Shown piece by piece: positions 1-12,506 of a stretch of DNA of 64,000 bases. Both the position numbers and the translations under genes were made by a program. Origin of the DNA: Intoshia linei (lineage: Eukaryota > Animalia > Orthonectida); assembly GCA_001642005.1 (NCBI GenBank), contig LWCA01000051.1, positions 2,592 through 66,591 of the forward strand. The letters are read 5' to 3'. The first letter of the stretch is position 1. Every line of letters begins with the position of its first letter. The notes under the pieces are model-generated. The model saw only the letters and a program-made list of their open reading frames with translations, did not search any database and was not told the origin of the DNA.

Positions 1-24
1 AGAATTGACTTTATTTTTTTTAAG

Positions 25-1998
25 GTGCTGAAAATTTTTACAATGATAATAATAATTCAGCCAGACATGAAACGATTCAAGAAGCAAGAACGCTAGATAG
101 TCAAACGTTACAAGTACACGAAATTTATTTACTCAATTTTATCACATTTAATTGTCAATAGTTCATTATATTGGGATATTTAATGTGATTGAACTGGTTA
201 TCAATAAGGGTCATACAATTTTATTCAGAGTCATGTAACATTTTTTTATTCTTAGAAAATGACACATACTTCTAAATCAGTAAAGTATTGTGGAACATAA
301 GCAATTAACGTCAATTTCTATAAAACGTAATGGGTCCGGTATTAAAAGTGGGAAACTCAGATTTATCAGATATTAATTAAAAGAAATAATTTCACAGCTT
401 AGGCGTGGATTGGTCATCCGTATATTGATGTTATAGACAATTCAACAAATTTTGCGCATAAAAAGATGAGATTGATAAAGGTTATTATTTTAAGTATCAT
501 AAGGTAAAGTTTAAAAACTAGGCTATTTGTGAACGCATGGGAATTGACACTTCTGACAGACTTGTTCAGAATAGCAAGAAACGCAAATTTCTCATCGAAT
601 CTTTGCCAAACATTGCTGTAATACAGTTTTAGTATTTAGTTTATTTTATGTCATAGGATTTTCCTGAAACAACGCAAATTTTCAATGTCATTCATCACTA
701 TTTGTTATCCAACGATTCAAATGTTCAGAGTCGTATTAGGAAGAGAGGAATTAATGGTAATATAGATAATTCATATACTTCCCTAATTGATTGGGTCATT
801 CTAGCATGTTAGTGAAAGTGAAAAAAAAATTTTTGTATACCGTAAAGATTTTTAAGTATGCTAAAATTGAATAATTATTAATTCTAATAATTATATAATA
901 ATAATACTAATTCTCATTTTTTTACGGATTTTAATGAATGAAAATGTTAAATTAAATTGATAATAAAGACTAGCAATCATAAATATTGACAAATATACCC
1001 TGCAAAGATCTTTTTTTGTTAAACGGAACTTGTTGTTTATCAGAAGCAAGTTTATCATATCTAGCTTTTGTTAAAGACGAAGGAACTCTCATGCAGCATA
1101 GTTGAGAGTATAATAATAGATAATTATTTATAATTTATAAATACGTAATGCAGGAAATTTTCTTTTTTAAGATGACCAATGCTGATTCACTCATATTTTT
1201 AATTTTTAGAAAATAAACGATCGAGTAGACAATGTAATCTGTTAAAATTTCTGAAATTGATTCCTTCCAGGCAAAAACCACAATTATCCTTTTTTTAAAA
1301 ATCACATGATTTCTAGAATTATAAAAAATACACAATCTGATAATATTTTAAAACCATTAACATTTTATGATAAATTTTAATTTCAAAATCTTACATCTTC
1401 ACGGCCAAAACACCAAATTACCCTTTTTTAAAAAATGAAAAAACCCTAGAATTTTATACAACATAAATTGTGAGATAGTACTTAATTAACATAACATTAA
1501 TATCATCATAAATTGCAAACTCAAAAAAGTGCATTTTCAAGATCAAAACTTCAGATTAATTTTTTATTAAAAAAAGTTACTCTAGCACCCGGTTAAGAAA
1601 CACTGGCTTATAGGTTACTGGATTTCATATGATGCTTTTAAATTTTAGATTCGTGGTCTTATCTGTACACTGCTCGAATAAAAGGATCACATGATCAAAA
1701 TCCGGAATTGAAAAGACAAATTAGTTACAGAGAATACAAGGCACTAAACCTACAGGCCGACCCAAATCGCTATCCAATTTTCAAAAGACGTCACTGTTTT
1801 ATGTGGAACAAGACGTATTACCAATTGGACGTGTACAAGGAGCCATGTCATAAACGTTGCATGAATTTGATATTTCTGGAAACATTCACGTCCAAAACTG
1901 ATGAATTACAATTACCTGATTTTATTAAAATTAACAAAGAAATTACTGGCGTCAATGAATATTCAATGTATAATTTATCTTTAATTAAAGAAAAATGA
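25..1998 (+). CDS. Ttd14: TRPL translocation defect protein 14 homologue (AAA_28/P-loop + CYTH-like domain), 5'-partial, multi-exon
   Basis: Spliced exons (~25-113, 403-480, 522-617, 657-755, 1649-1998) give [25 protein letters not shown] / [17 protein letters not shown] / [21 protein letters not shown] / QSRIRKRG / [24 protein letters not shown]. These motifs are typical of TTD14; introns are GT-AG. Confidence 0.85.
1240..1605. repeat. Dispersed repeat family (ttcacggccaaaa core)
   Basis: 1365-1422 is the near reverse complement of 5555-5612. Similar segments at ~10090-10290, ~6500-6620 and ~34690-34830. Confidence 0.65.
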
Positions 1999-2029
1999 AA
2001 ATATATTTAAAATTTAATAAAATGTATAT

Positions 2030-3076
2030 TCACCAATGGGCGTCATGCAATTGAGTCACTTTACGCAAAAAATACTTATGACTACCATGTAAATCCATTT
2101 TTGAAGAAACATCCATCCACATTACGTCATTTGCATCGTCACCAGCAGTAAGAGGCAATGCTCCAACACTATTACCAGTTTCGTCGTGAAAATTTACACA
2201 AACTGTTTCCATCCAGGCATTATCCGTATTACGAGAGTCATCCACATATCCATTATAAATCTATATTATGATGAAAGAGAAATATTAAATTGTATACCTT
2301 TGTCCCTTTGGAAAATAAATCTGAAATGGATTTAGAAAATTCTTTTTTTTTAGATTCGTTGAAATTCAAACTATCCAACGCTTCTTCACAAAATTCACGT
2401 TGTAAGGTTTTTGTGACATTTTCATTGTTATCTACCATACCCTATTGTTATTAATTAATTGAAAACTTTTGTTTTTTATAAAGTGTAGTACCCCTGGTAT
2501 GGCCCACTTTTTGTTATCTTTTCTTTTAATGGCTATAAATTGAAGCACTGCGTTTTTCGATTTTTTCGACTGATTTTTCCACCTAAATTATGTTAATTTT
2601 AATGTCAAATATTTTTACCTGGTAATGACAGGGTCAGCAGCATGATTAGGTCCCCATTTCCCCAAGCACCCCCTTCCAATAATGCCTGTACGTCCCATCG
2701 GATTTCTAAATTTTTTCAAACAAATATTATGTTTCATTACATGGGGATATTATCTTGAGTGGTATCATAAGGACGAATAAAAGAGGTTCGATCGATGACT
2801 TGATCGTTAATGTTCCATTTTATATTGTATTTTTTGATAGTTTCACTAAAAGTATGTAAAACTAAAATGGATTATAACTTACACGTTTTGGTGTTTTTCG
2901 TGAAAGTCAAGTGGTGGGTCTGCCCATTCTGGCATAGACAATACAGAAGAACTAGTATAATTAATTGGATCGTATTGTGCAAAAGGTATAGACCAGTCAA
3001 TTTTATCTTCAGGGACATGTGCTCTGTCAATTGTGTCGTATTTTCTATTTCGACAATTTGAATGCAGAAATACCAT
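2030..3076 (-). CDS. NUDT9: ADP-ribose pyrophosphatase NUDT9 (Nudix), 6 exons
   Basis: Exons give [60 protein letters not shown] (Nudix box), [16 protein letters not shown] and AGDDA. ATG at 3076, stop at 2030. Confidence 0.93.
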
Positions 3077-3086
3077 ATTTGAAAAA

Positions 3087-3461
3087 TTAGAGATCTTTTT
3101 CAATTTCACCGTCAGAAAGTTTAGAGTAATTACTTTTATGAACACCCAACTTTGAAACAATATCTTGTTTAAAATTATCCAAAGTTTTCCTAACTTTAGT
3201 TTGAGGTGTTGTTTTAATTAAATTGTGTTGGCTTGACGCAGAATCTTGTTGAATATGTTTCCCACGGTTTGTAAGTTTCTCAATTTGTTTTAGTTTTGTT
3301 ACAGTTTTTTCTTTTATCGAAGACACTTCTGATTTTATGGATGTATGAGAACCAGATGAGTCTTTGGATCTACGTGATTCTGTAGATACTGTGGAATTTC
3401 GATGTTGACCAGTTTTTGATACTTTTTTATATATTCTTTGCAGGTTATCTATTATTTTCAT
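3087..3461 (-). CDS. Orphan 124-aa Ser/Lys/Thr-rich ORF immediately upstream of NUDT9
   Basis: ATG-initiated 375-nt ORF in very AT-rich DNA with hydrophilic, protein-like composition. In-frame stop just upstream of its ATG; its stop lies 10 nt before the NUDT9 ATG. No family recognised. Confidence 0.55.
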   Translation of the reverse strand: MKIIDNLQRIYKKVSKTGQHRNSTVSTESRRSKDSSGSHTSIKSEVSSIKEKTVTKLKQIEKLTNRGKHIQQDSASSQHNLIKTTPQTKVRKTLDNFKQDIVSKLGVHKSNYSKLSDGEIEKDL

Positions 3462-3664
3462 AAATTGTTATTCATTCCTTCTACAGCTGTGTAGTTTTAA
3501 TCAAACGCATTCTAGATTTTACGAGTGCATTAATTTTACATGAAATAGGTCATGTATATGTATATATGTAACAATATTCTATTTTTTTTCAACACACATT
3601 AACATAATTACTTGTACATTATTTTATAAATGGAAAAATTTATTATAAAACAATTAAAATTAAA

Positions 3665-6600
3665 TTAAATTATTGATAAATCACATTCAAGTATACTTTC
3701 ATACGATTTTTTGAATGAATTCTTTATTCGTAAAAATTCTTGCTCATTGTAACAGCTGTGCGATACATTGGATTTATTTATTGGTTCTAGATTTATTTTA
3801 ATAGGATTTAGCTGATTTCAACAAATCAATATATCATTATTAGTTGGGTCACGATATGATGGGAATTTTGTAGTTTAACCCCGTTTCATTTAATCATTTT
3901 AAAATGTTTTATGATAGTTTAATTGTAACTACAATCGAATCAAATTCTTTATGGTCCAATTAGTAAACAAAAAAAATAAATATTAATTTCACTAGAAAGG
4001 GGTCAAAGTACAATTAGACTTGTTGCAATAATCAATTAACTAATTTAGTTTCATTATGTCGTTTATCATACTAGTAAACGTTATAAAAAATTACCCTCAA
4101 TACATATATAGGAAAAGTTGAAATTTTCTTTTAATTGACTTTTCAAGATTGGGTTTCCTGTTCGCACAGATATGATATATTTATCGAATCTAATTAATAT
4201 TTATGATTAAGTGTATAGAAGGTAATATCTTTTGAAATAATAATAATTGTTAATCTATAGAGCAGGGTCGGAACCAGTGGCCCAAATTATAATTTTGGTG
4301 GCTCTTTGAGTAAATATGTAAATTATTTATTTTTCAACTTTTAAACACTTTTCTACAATAATTAGACAATTTTAATCATTTTAACTCTAAATTTTCAGAT
4401 TACCATGGATATTATTTTGTTGAATACACACTAGAACCGTTTCTCTTTAGTTAAAATTTATATATAAATTTTATATGTAAATTTTCAAAAACGGGGGCCG
4501 TAGAATTTTTTGAATAAAAAAAAATTGGCCCACGAGACACAAAAGGTTTCCAACCCTGATATAGATCATAAGATTATAATATATAAGCGTAAAAACTCCG
4601 TCAAAACTTTTAAATGTTAAGACTTATAAATTGAAAATTTAAATTCTGATAAAATTAACTTTAATTTTCTATGGCACCTATACTTTTTCAGGCGCCTTTT
4701 GGCCTGAACTAAATTAAGAAATACATTTTTAATAAACATCACTACTTATTTATTTACAGGCGACCAAAATAATAAATTCAAATCAAATTGTAAAATATAA
4801 CCAATACCGTAAAAAGTGTTGGTAACACTGTCCTTAAACTGTAATGTTTAAAGTATTATTAATAAAAAAATACTCGAATGCGTATCCATAAAAATAAAAA
4901 AAACGTGTCAGCATTTCTCCGAGGTTATATTTAACATTAGTGTTTTCTAAATATATTGAATTCAAATATAACAATACTATTGTAATAATTATTTAACTTT
5001 TTTGTAATTACCATTCGAATGACAAATCACTTGCTAAAAATTTAATTGTAAAAAATAGTAATTTATGAAATCAGTGTTTATCAATATTTGGGGTCGCATC
5101 TAATTTGTTTTATTTAAAACTAGTTGACTGTTATGTACTACGTACAAACAGCTAAGCCGAGGCGCATTTTTTTAAAATTGTAGGATGATTATTTACTTTT
5201 TCATTTCTAATATTACAATAATGTAATTAATTTAACAGTAAACGGTAATGTTAATCAACACTTAAAAAATATTGGTTGATAATATATTAAAAATTATTTT
5301 TCACCGGGAATGCGTAAATTTATGGGGTTGAAATTTTGTATTTATATCAACTGGAATAAGCTGTATTTTTTTTTAAATTTTTTTATTTCTAGGGCTGTTT
5401 TCATTTTTAAAAAAAAAAGGGTAATCTGGGTTTTTGACTGTGGAAATTACCTTTTTTGAGGTCACCATTTATGATAATTCTTATCAATTTAAAAATTATT
5501 CCAGATTTTATGTTGTATAAAATACTAGGACTTTCTTAATGTTTACAAAAAAAAAGTAATTTGTGGTTTTGGCCGTGAAGATATAAGATTTTGAAATTGA
5601 AAATTATCATAATATTAATGTATTTAAAACTTTATTAGAATGTGTATTTTTTATAATTCTAGGATGGGTTTGAATTTAAAAACAAAGAACAATTGTAGTT
5701 TTTAACCTAATTAAATTTGCGATGTAACATGACTCAGGAAAAACTTACAAGAATATGGAATTTGTAAAACTCATCAATTAAAACTAAAACTTATTTTCTT
5801 AAATAAACTGGAACAAATAAATGAGAATATTCTTAAACTCAACCATTTTTACTTAAATCCAACCATTTTTACTAAAAATCAACCAACCCTTATGAGAAAA
5901 CCTACTTTTACCAACCTTTATTGGAAAAATTCGATTTTAAAAGCCCTTTAGGGACAATCCCAATTTTACCAACCCTAAAAAGAAAAATTCGGTTTTAAAA
6001 TCCCTTTAGGGAAAATTCTAGTTTTATTTAACCATCTAATTTTGTCTTTACAAGTCAAACATAATTTAGGAAAAATTGATTAAAATTTGGTTTATAAATT
6101 AATATACATCCGCTTATTTGTAAAAATGATAAATTAGTGAATAAATATTTTTGACTCATAAAAGTCGCCAAAAAGTAATATACATTCATTGGTTGGTAAA
6201 AGTGGGTTTTTCCTTTAAGGTTTAGTAAAACTGAATTTTTCCTTTTAGTGTTTTTTGTAAATTTTGAGGTAAATTTTGATTTTAAGTAAAAATGGTTGGA
6301 TTTAAGTAGACACCCTTATATAAATATGGATAGTGACTGTACTTGAAGAATTTACAACGGCCATAATTAATCAAAAATTTTGTATTACAAATATTTTGAA
6401 TATTTTTTAATGAAAATTAATAATGTACTAATAATAAATTCAATGCAAAGAATTGAACTATAATTATATTTTTTGAATTATTGGGCTGATTTTATTTTTA
6501 TAAAAAAGGAAAAATTTGATTTTTGACCACGAAGGGCTCACTTTCTGAAAATTAAACTTGCATTAAAATATTACTCTCGAAAAACTGAATTAGACATTGG

Positions 6601-9186
6601 TGTTTTTGAAATTCGACAGACAGACTTCAATTTTGTTTGCGACTTCATTTTCACGGCTTTATTTTTGATTTTTGAAGGAATCGAGAATTATAAGTTCTAA
6701 TAAGCTCTGAGAGTCACTATTATTGAATTCCTTTATTCGCACAAAAAATTTAATTAAAGTATTTTCTATAAAATCTCCGTTATTCTCATCTGGTGACAAG
6801 ATTTTTCACTATTCACAAAAATTTTTTTAAAACTAAACAATTAAATTCTTAATACCTTTCGTAACTATTGATAAAATAACATTTTAGAAATTTCCCAAAT
6901 GTATAAAAAATGTAAATTGCGCACAGTGGAGGCTTCACTGTACGATTAAGTTGAGAAAAAAGTAATTTCACCATTTTTTTAAAAAAATATCGACCGATAG
7001 TGGCCAAAACGATATATCAATCTTAGTAGAAAGTTTAGAGGAAAATGGTGCCAAGGCGTCGGAAAAATCTATTTTAAAATACAATTGATAAAAATACTGG
7101 TGTATTGTATCTAGTTGAATTATAAAATAGCTTAAATAAATTTTTGGTTTATTATTTTTATTGATAGAAAACGCACACGGCAATGGGTTTCTTTGTTTCA
7201 TCTCAAATTTTGAAAATCGCGACACAGATTGATAAACGATGCCATAAAATAAAAATTATATAGTTACCGAATATTTATCCAATTTCATAATGATCGGGTT
7301 GATTTTGTCTAAATTAAATGTATACATTTATTAGCAATAATATTATATTTACATTTTGTATTGGTCTTTAACTCGATATAAAATGTATGTTATGTTATAT
7401 AATTTATGATAAATTGGGTTGTGTTTACTATACATAAAGTAGCCCGATTTATGCATTGTGTATCAATGGTTATTTTGCTTTATGGCATAAATTATGGCAT
7501 AATTTAATAATAATAATAAACATAATAATTATTATGCACTACTATTGTTATGATAGATATTTGTAATAGTAAATATTTAATTATTAATGGTAAAGTTACT
7601 ACATGTCTATAATAATATAAATAAAAAGGGTTTCTATTTAAATCCAACCATTTTTACTAAAAATCAAAATTTACTAACACTAAAAGGAAAAATCCAGTAT
7701 TACAGAATTTCACTTAAGGTTTAGTAAAATTCGATTTTTCATTAAAGGTTAGTAAAAGTGGGTTTTCTCATAAGAGTTGGTAAAATTGGGATTTTTCTTT
7801 AGGGGTTTGTAAAAGTGGATTTTTTCCGTAAGGGTTAATAAAATTCGATTTTTCCATTAAAGGTTGGTAAAAGTGGATTATTTCCTTAAGGGTTGGTAAA
7901 ACTCGATTTTTCTATCATCAGTTGGTAAAAGTGGGTTTTCCCATAAAGGTTTTTAAAACCGAATTTTTCCATTCAAGTTTGGTAAAAGTGTGTTTTCCCA
8001 TAAGGGTTGGTAAAAGTTGATTTTTCCCTTAAAGGTTGGTAAAACTGAAATTTTCCCTAAAGGGTTTTGAAAACCGAATTTTTCTATTAAAGTTTATTAA
8101 AAGTGGATGTTTAGTAAAAATCTTTGGATTTAAGTAAAAATGGTTGGGTTTAAGAATATTTTCAAATAAAAATATAACAGAGCAGACATATTACAAGTAT
8201 TGGTAATTAAATTAGTTCAATATGTATTACATTGATAAAAGAAAATAATCATTAAAGTAAGCGAATAACTGGAAAGTGTGTTTTTTCTGGCATTATTAAT
8301 ATTGTTCTTTATGGCCCACATTTTCAGTATTTTAACCAAAATAAATAGTTTCTCATCCACTAAAAGTTTTTTTTTAATTGGTGTATTTTACCGCAAGAAT
8401 AAGCTTGTAAAAGTCTAGTATTCAATACAGCGTGCCAGCAATTATACGTCAAATCTATGACAGTATCACTTTGATTGTCATATAAAGATAATAGTGGAGC
8501 TTTGGCTCTAATTATTTTGAGTCTCGAAAAACATTCTAAAAAGTCATCAATTATTTAGTTTTAAACATTATTCATAGTACCAAATTGCTTCAAAACTTTT
8601 TTAATCATAATTAAAAATCCGGTTGATGAATTCCAACTTGTCTAAAGAGAATTTATTTTCAATCATTCATGATCTATTCCATATATCATTTTAATCAATT
8701 ATTCATAGGGTTCTCGAGTACGGTAGGTTCGGCTCTGACAACCGTAATGAAAAACTGTTGATCGTTACGGTAAATATATAATGATTAAATTTTGTTAAGG
8801 ACAACAAAAATAGACATATTCTACCGGTTCCAGATTCCTAATTAATTAAATAATAATTTAAAACCGGTATTTTGGAACGCGAATCTTCAAACACAATTGA
8901 CATGTCCAAATCCGAATTAACAGAACCAAATCCATTTCCAGACGATCCAACCATATACACATGGATATTTATATCTAATTTATATCAAAAATCAAAAAAT
9001 GTACCAAAATTGAAAAAATCATTAATGGCCCGTTCGATAAATAATCTTATGTAGTTTCGATATGCAATGTTCCTGGGATTCATCGAACAATAATTGTTAT
9101 ACTTGAGCATTTTGGTAGATAACTAAACAAATTCATTCAGAAATATCAATATAATTATTAATTACAGATTGATAAATATCAGCCAT
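3665..9186 (-). CDS. gld-2: Non-canonical poly(A) polymerase, GLD-2/TENT2(PAPD4)-like (Pol-beta NTase + PAP-associated domain), ~11+ exons
   Basis: Minus-strand exons: VYMVGSSGNGFGSVNSDLDMSI (~8866-8973), IIRAKAPLL..VIDLTYNCWHAVLNTRLLQAYS (~8392-8535), VDEKLFILVKILKMWAIKNNINNARKNTLSSYSLTLM (8231-8359), 7268-7308, 22-nt microexon 5012-5033, NLGEMLTRFFYFYGYAF (4874-4946), FDKYIISVRTG..ICIE (4095-4189), EPINKSNVSHS..(3665-3786). Phases are consistent across the 3' exons; start codon is uncertain. Confidence 0.85.
4263..4558. mobile_element. hAT-type MITE
   Basis: TIRs cagggtcggaacc / ggtttccaaccctg; flanks ctatagag / atatagat (6/8 match). Confidence 0.6.
5825..6316 (+). mobile_element. Foldback/MITE-like element with internal ~30-bp tandem units (copy 1), in GLD-2 intron
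   Basis: Ends aaatccaaccatttttact ... agtaaaaatggttggattt; internal repeats of ttttaccaaccct..; reverse complement of the copy at 7627-8163. Confidence 0.75.
7627..8163 (-). mobile_element. Foldback/MITE-like element with ~12-14 degenerate ~30-bp tandem units (copy 2), in GLD-2 intron
   Basis: Units like aagggttggtaaaagtgggttttcccat; inverted termini as in copy 1. Confidence 0.8.
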
Positions 9187-10805
9187 TTGCAACCTTCCAT
9201 CATTGTTAGTTTCAAGTTTACTGCAAAATTTAAGTTCAACAATGTAAAATAACCATTTTTTATAATAAAAAAATTACAAATTTTCATTTTTTTTTATTTT
9301 GTTGAAGCATTGAATCTGTTTTGATAAACAATAATATTATTAAAATGTATATTAGTTTTAAATGGGATTGTCACTTTTTACAATAATTTTAATGGAATTT
9401 GGTCATTTTTATTGACTAAATTTAAGATGTAATTAAAGGTAAATTGGAATTTTTGCATGTAAAAAAGAATATTCCCTTTAAAGTTTAAACCATTTTTAAA
9501 TTTGTTAACTAATCTGACTATAAATCATTAAAAATAACAAGGAAAATGACTGCCGTTTGCGAAAGAAACAATACTAATTGATTATGTTTATATAATTTAA
9601 AATCTTTAAAAATTACCGTACTCTGTGACAGGCGATAATTTTTATTTATATAACTTGGATGAATTAGCAGCCCTTTGTAGTCTAAATTAAAAAAATAAAT
9701 GAACGTTGCGTTTTTCATTTTAATTTCAATTATAATTATTGTAGTATCATAATTCACGCACTAAAAGCTTTTCCAGGAATATCATTTTCTTTTTGAAAGT
9801 CACATATTAAATTTGAATTAATTAATATTAATCTTTCATCAGTAGGATAAATAGGGTTCAAAGACATTAAATTAAAATTTTTTAAAATATAATTTTGTAA
9901 AACTCGTTTTATTCATATTTTTATTCATTCGGTATCATTTAATCTAATTTTATTTATTATCGATGTTAAAATTGATAATTTTCAGTAACTTTTAAGTAAT
10001 TATGTACATATGTCCGTTTATTCAAAAAAGTAGGCGTAGAGTTTTAAAAATAGAACTTCCAATACAGTTTTTCGTTGATTAAATTTATTGCAAATTTTTA
10101 TTTTCAAAAATTGTGTTCTTACGTTCAAAAACCCCAAATATTCTTTTTTTCAAAAATCAAACGAATCCTAGAATTATTAAAAATAAACATACTGAGGCAG
10201 ATTTTAAATTATGAATATTATTATCAAATTTCAATTTTAAAAAAACTTACATTTTCACGGCCAAAACCTCAAATTAGTCATTATTTGAAAAAATAAAATT
10301 AAGTCTTATAAGTTAAATTTAATGTCATAAAGTGAATCATTCAGTCTAAAAAGAAAAAAAACAAGGAATGTCTACATAAGCTGGGAACATATTTTGTTGG
10401 CTGGAATAGGTATGTATTGGAATTAAACCGTTTTCATTTGTTTAGGATTCACTCACACGAAAAATACCAAATTACGGTAAATATGTGTGAAAACCTTAAA
10501 AAATATAAAGAACTCTTAAGTCATTATATCGACAATAACTTTTATAATTTTGTTACTATCATCTTGAGATTTATTTCAATAATCGTTATGATGTACAACC
10601 AGATCATACACTCTATAATAAATTAATAATTCCGTGTTAAAATTAAAAAGTTGGCCCTTGACAGAGATAGCTGCTGTAAAGATAAGAATGAATAGTAACT
10701 ATAAAATAGGTTTCCATAGATTTTAAATATGTTTTTGAACATAAATGTAATGTTTACATTAAGATTAAATTATACTTGTTGTTATAGAACTTATAAAATT
10801 TCAAA

Positions 10806-12506
10806 ATGAATAATTTGGAGATATCTTTAAATAATTGCCGTTCGGTTAGGTTAAAATTGAGATATAACCATCAACCCAGTACAACTGGAATTGGAAATTA
10901 TCTTTCGAAATATGGAGAGGTTCATGGAATTATTATACACCAAAACGAAGAATATAAAGCTTCAGTGTACATGAAAAACGTACACCACGCCGATGATATA
11001 ATTCCACGTATAAATAATGAACAATTAATGGTAATTTTAAAAGATAATGTTAATTTATTCCCAATTATACTCCAAGAATGACGAGTCGTAGAGATATTAA
11101 TATATATTGAGATGATTCATTTAATGACTTTTTTTGGAATTATCAAAACTATGTTTGCATACCGCCCCACTTTGTGCAAGTAAAATTATACCACAAAAAT
11201 GTTTTGTTAATTATCAAATTGTGCCTTACCCCATTTAGGGTATATGATTAAAATATCACTAATACATTGGTTTGTATATAGTCTCATTTTTTAGCTTTTA
11301 TGTATTGTTGCAATCTTTTTATCTGCAACATGTATCCGTTTTTGTGTACATGTTTAACATTAAGGTATTTTTTAATCCATGTTAAAATAAATAAAATAAC
11401 CTTTAAAGCTTATAAGATTTTATTAATCCTGCCAAAAAAATCGTATTGTTTTACAGTGTCACCATGTTTGATTTATTTTGTGGAATAATCGTATTTTTAA
11501 ATTCCAAGGGAATTATATAGATAATTTTTCGACCAAAATATTTAAAGATTTTAAAAATAATTAATGATTGTTCGCCCATTTAAACCTGATGACAATTATT
11601 TTTAATAGTCAAAAATATTATACAATTGTAAATATTTTCTTTTATACACGTATTATTTTTAAATTAATATTTATATCGACTTGGGAAGTATGTAATTTTT
11701 AAGGGAAATTAACGTATATATATTTGACAGGAAGACGGTTGAAAAAATGAGGTGGACATCACCATTCTGTTAATAATATGATTTTGAATAATATTAAATT
11801 ATGCAGGGACAATCAATAACCGCCTCAAATTTTAAACCTCAGAATTTGGTTAGGATTTATGTCCACAAAAGAATCCATCGAATGTCTGTGATTAGATTTG
11901 CAGCGTCGTTTGGTGTTCTACAGTCAGTGGATGAAGAACCTACACATAGATTTGACAGAATAAGCTACCTTATATCATTTGAAGTAAAAAATAAACAATT
12001 ATCTTTCTACGACCGAATACACTGCAATAATGTTTACGCTTATGAGTAATTTAATGTAATTAATATTTTAAATTTATTTTAGTAGTCATATTCCTGTCAT
12101 GGCAGAAATAGTGCCAAACTTTGAGAACAGTAGGTAAATTTTAAAAATTGTAAACATTAATAATGTATTATTATTTACATTGATGTTGAACCATATTTTT
12201 AGCGTTTGCGATTCTGATTTCGTTATAAAGACTGTGGATCATAATGAAGACATAGTTGTTACATGGCATACTTTATTTGATAAGTATCAGAGACTTAATC
12301 AAAATTTACAGGTTGAGTTTTTAAAGGAAACAGACAATTTAAAAACGTTTATTTCTAATCAAAACGAGGACCAAATAAGACTAGAAAGTTTGTTTATTAA
12401 TTAATAATTATTATCACAGTAATATAATAATAATTTCGTTTTTTTAGAAATCAATAGGGATTTAGAAATGCTGCAAAAACAAAGGGATCAAATATTGTAC
12501 CATTAA
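10806..12506 (+). CDS. Highly divergent DBHS-family (NONO/SFPQ/nonA-like) protein: RRM-RRM-short NOPS-coiled coil
   Basis: Exons 10806-11030, 11807-12045, 12083-12133, 12203-12387, 12448-12506 join in phase. RRM1 ..SKYGEVHGIII..INNEQLM|GQSITAS, RRM2 ..SFGVLQSV..YLISF.., IPVMAE (cf. RPVxVEP), then WHTLFDKYQRLNQNLQVEFLKETDNL..INRDL, resembling the DBHS coiled coil as recalled. Confidence 0.6.

Noticed and set aside
2030-3076. NUDT9-H domain of a TRPM2 channel
   Set aside because: No channel exons upstream; the upstream gene is a nucleotidyltransferase.
4095-4189. PLAT-domain exon (YIISVRTG)
   Set aside because: It joins in phase with flanking exons to form the PAP-associated domain (FEFDKYIISVRTG..CIEEP).
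7680-8110. CRISPR-like array
   Set aside because: Degenerate head-to-tail ~30-bp units without unique spacers, inside a TIR element in a eukaryotic intron; no cas genes.
11984-12010. 27-nt GT..AC non-canonical micro-intron in the DBHS-like gene
   Set aside because: Retaining it gives the same 24-residue spacing as canonical DBHS proteins, so it is better read as coding.
10806-12404. Three separate small genes, as in the ORF track
   Set aside because: They splice in phase, and the first junction completes an RRM beta-4 strand.
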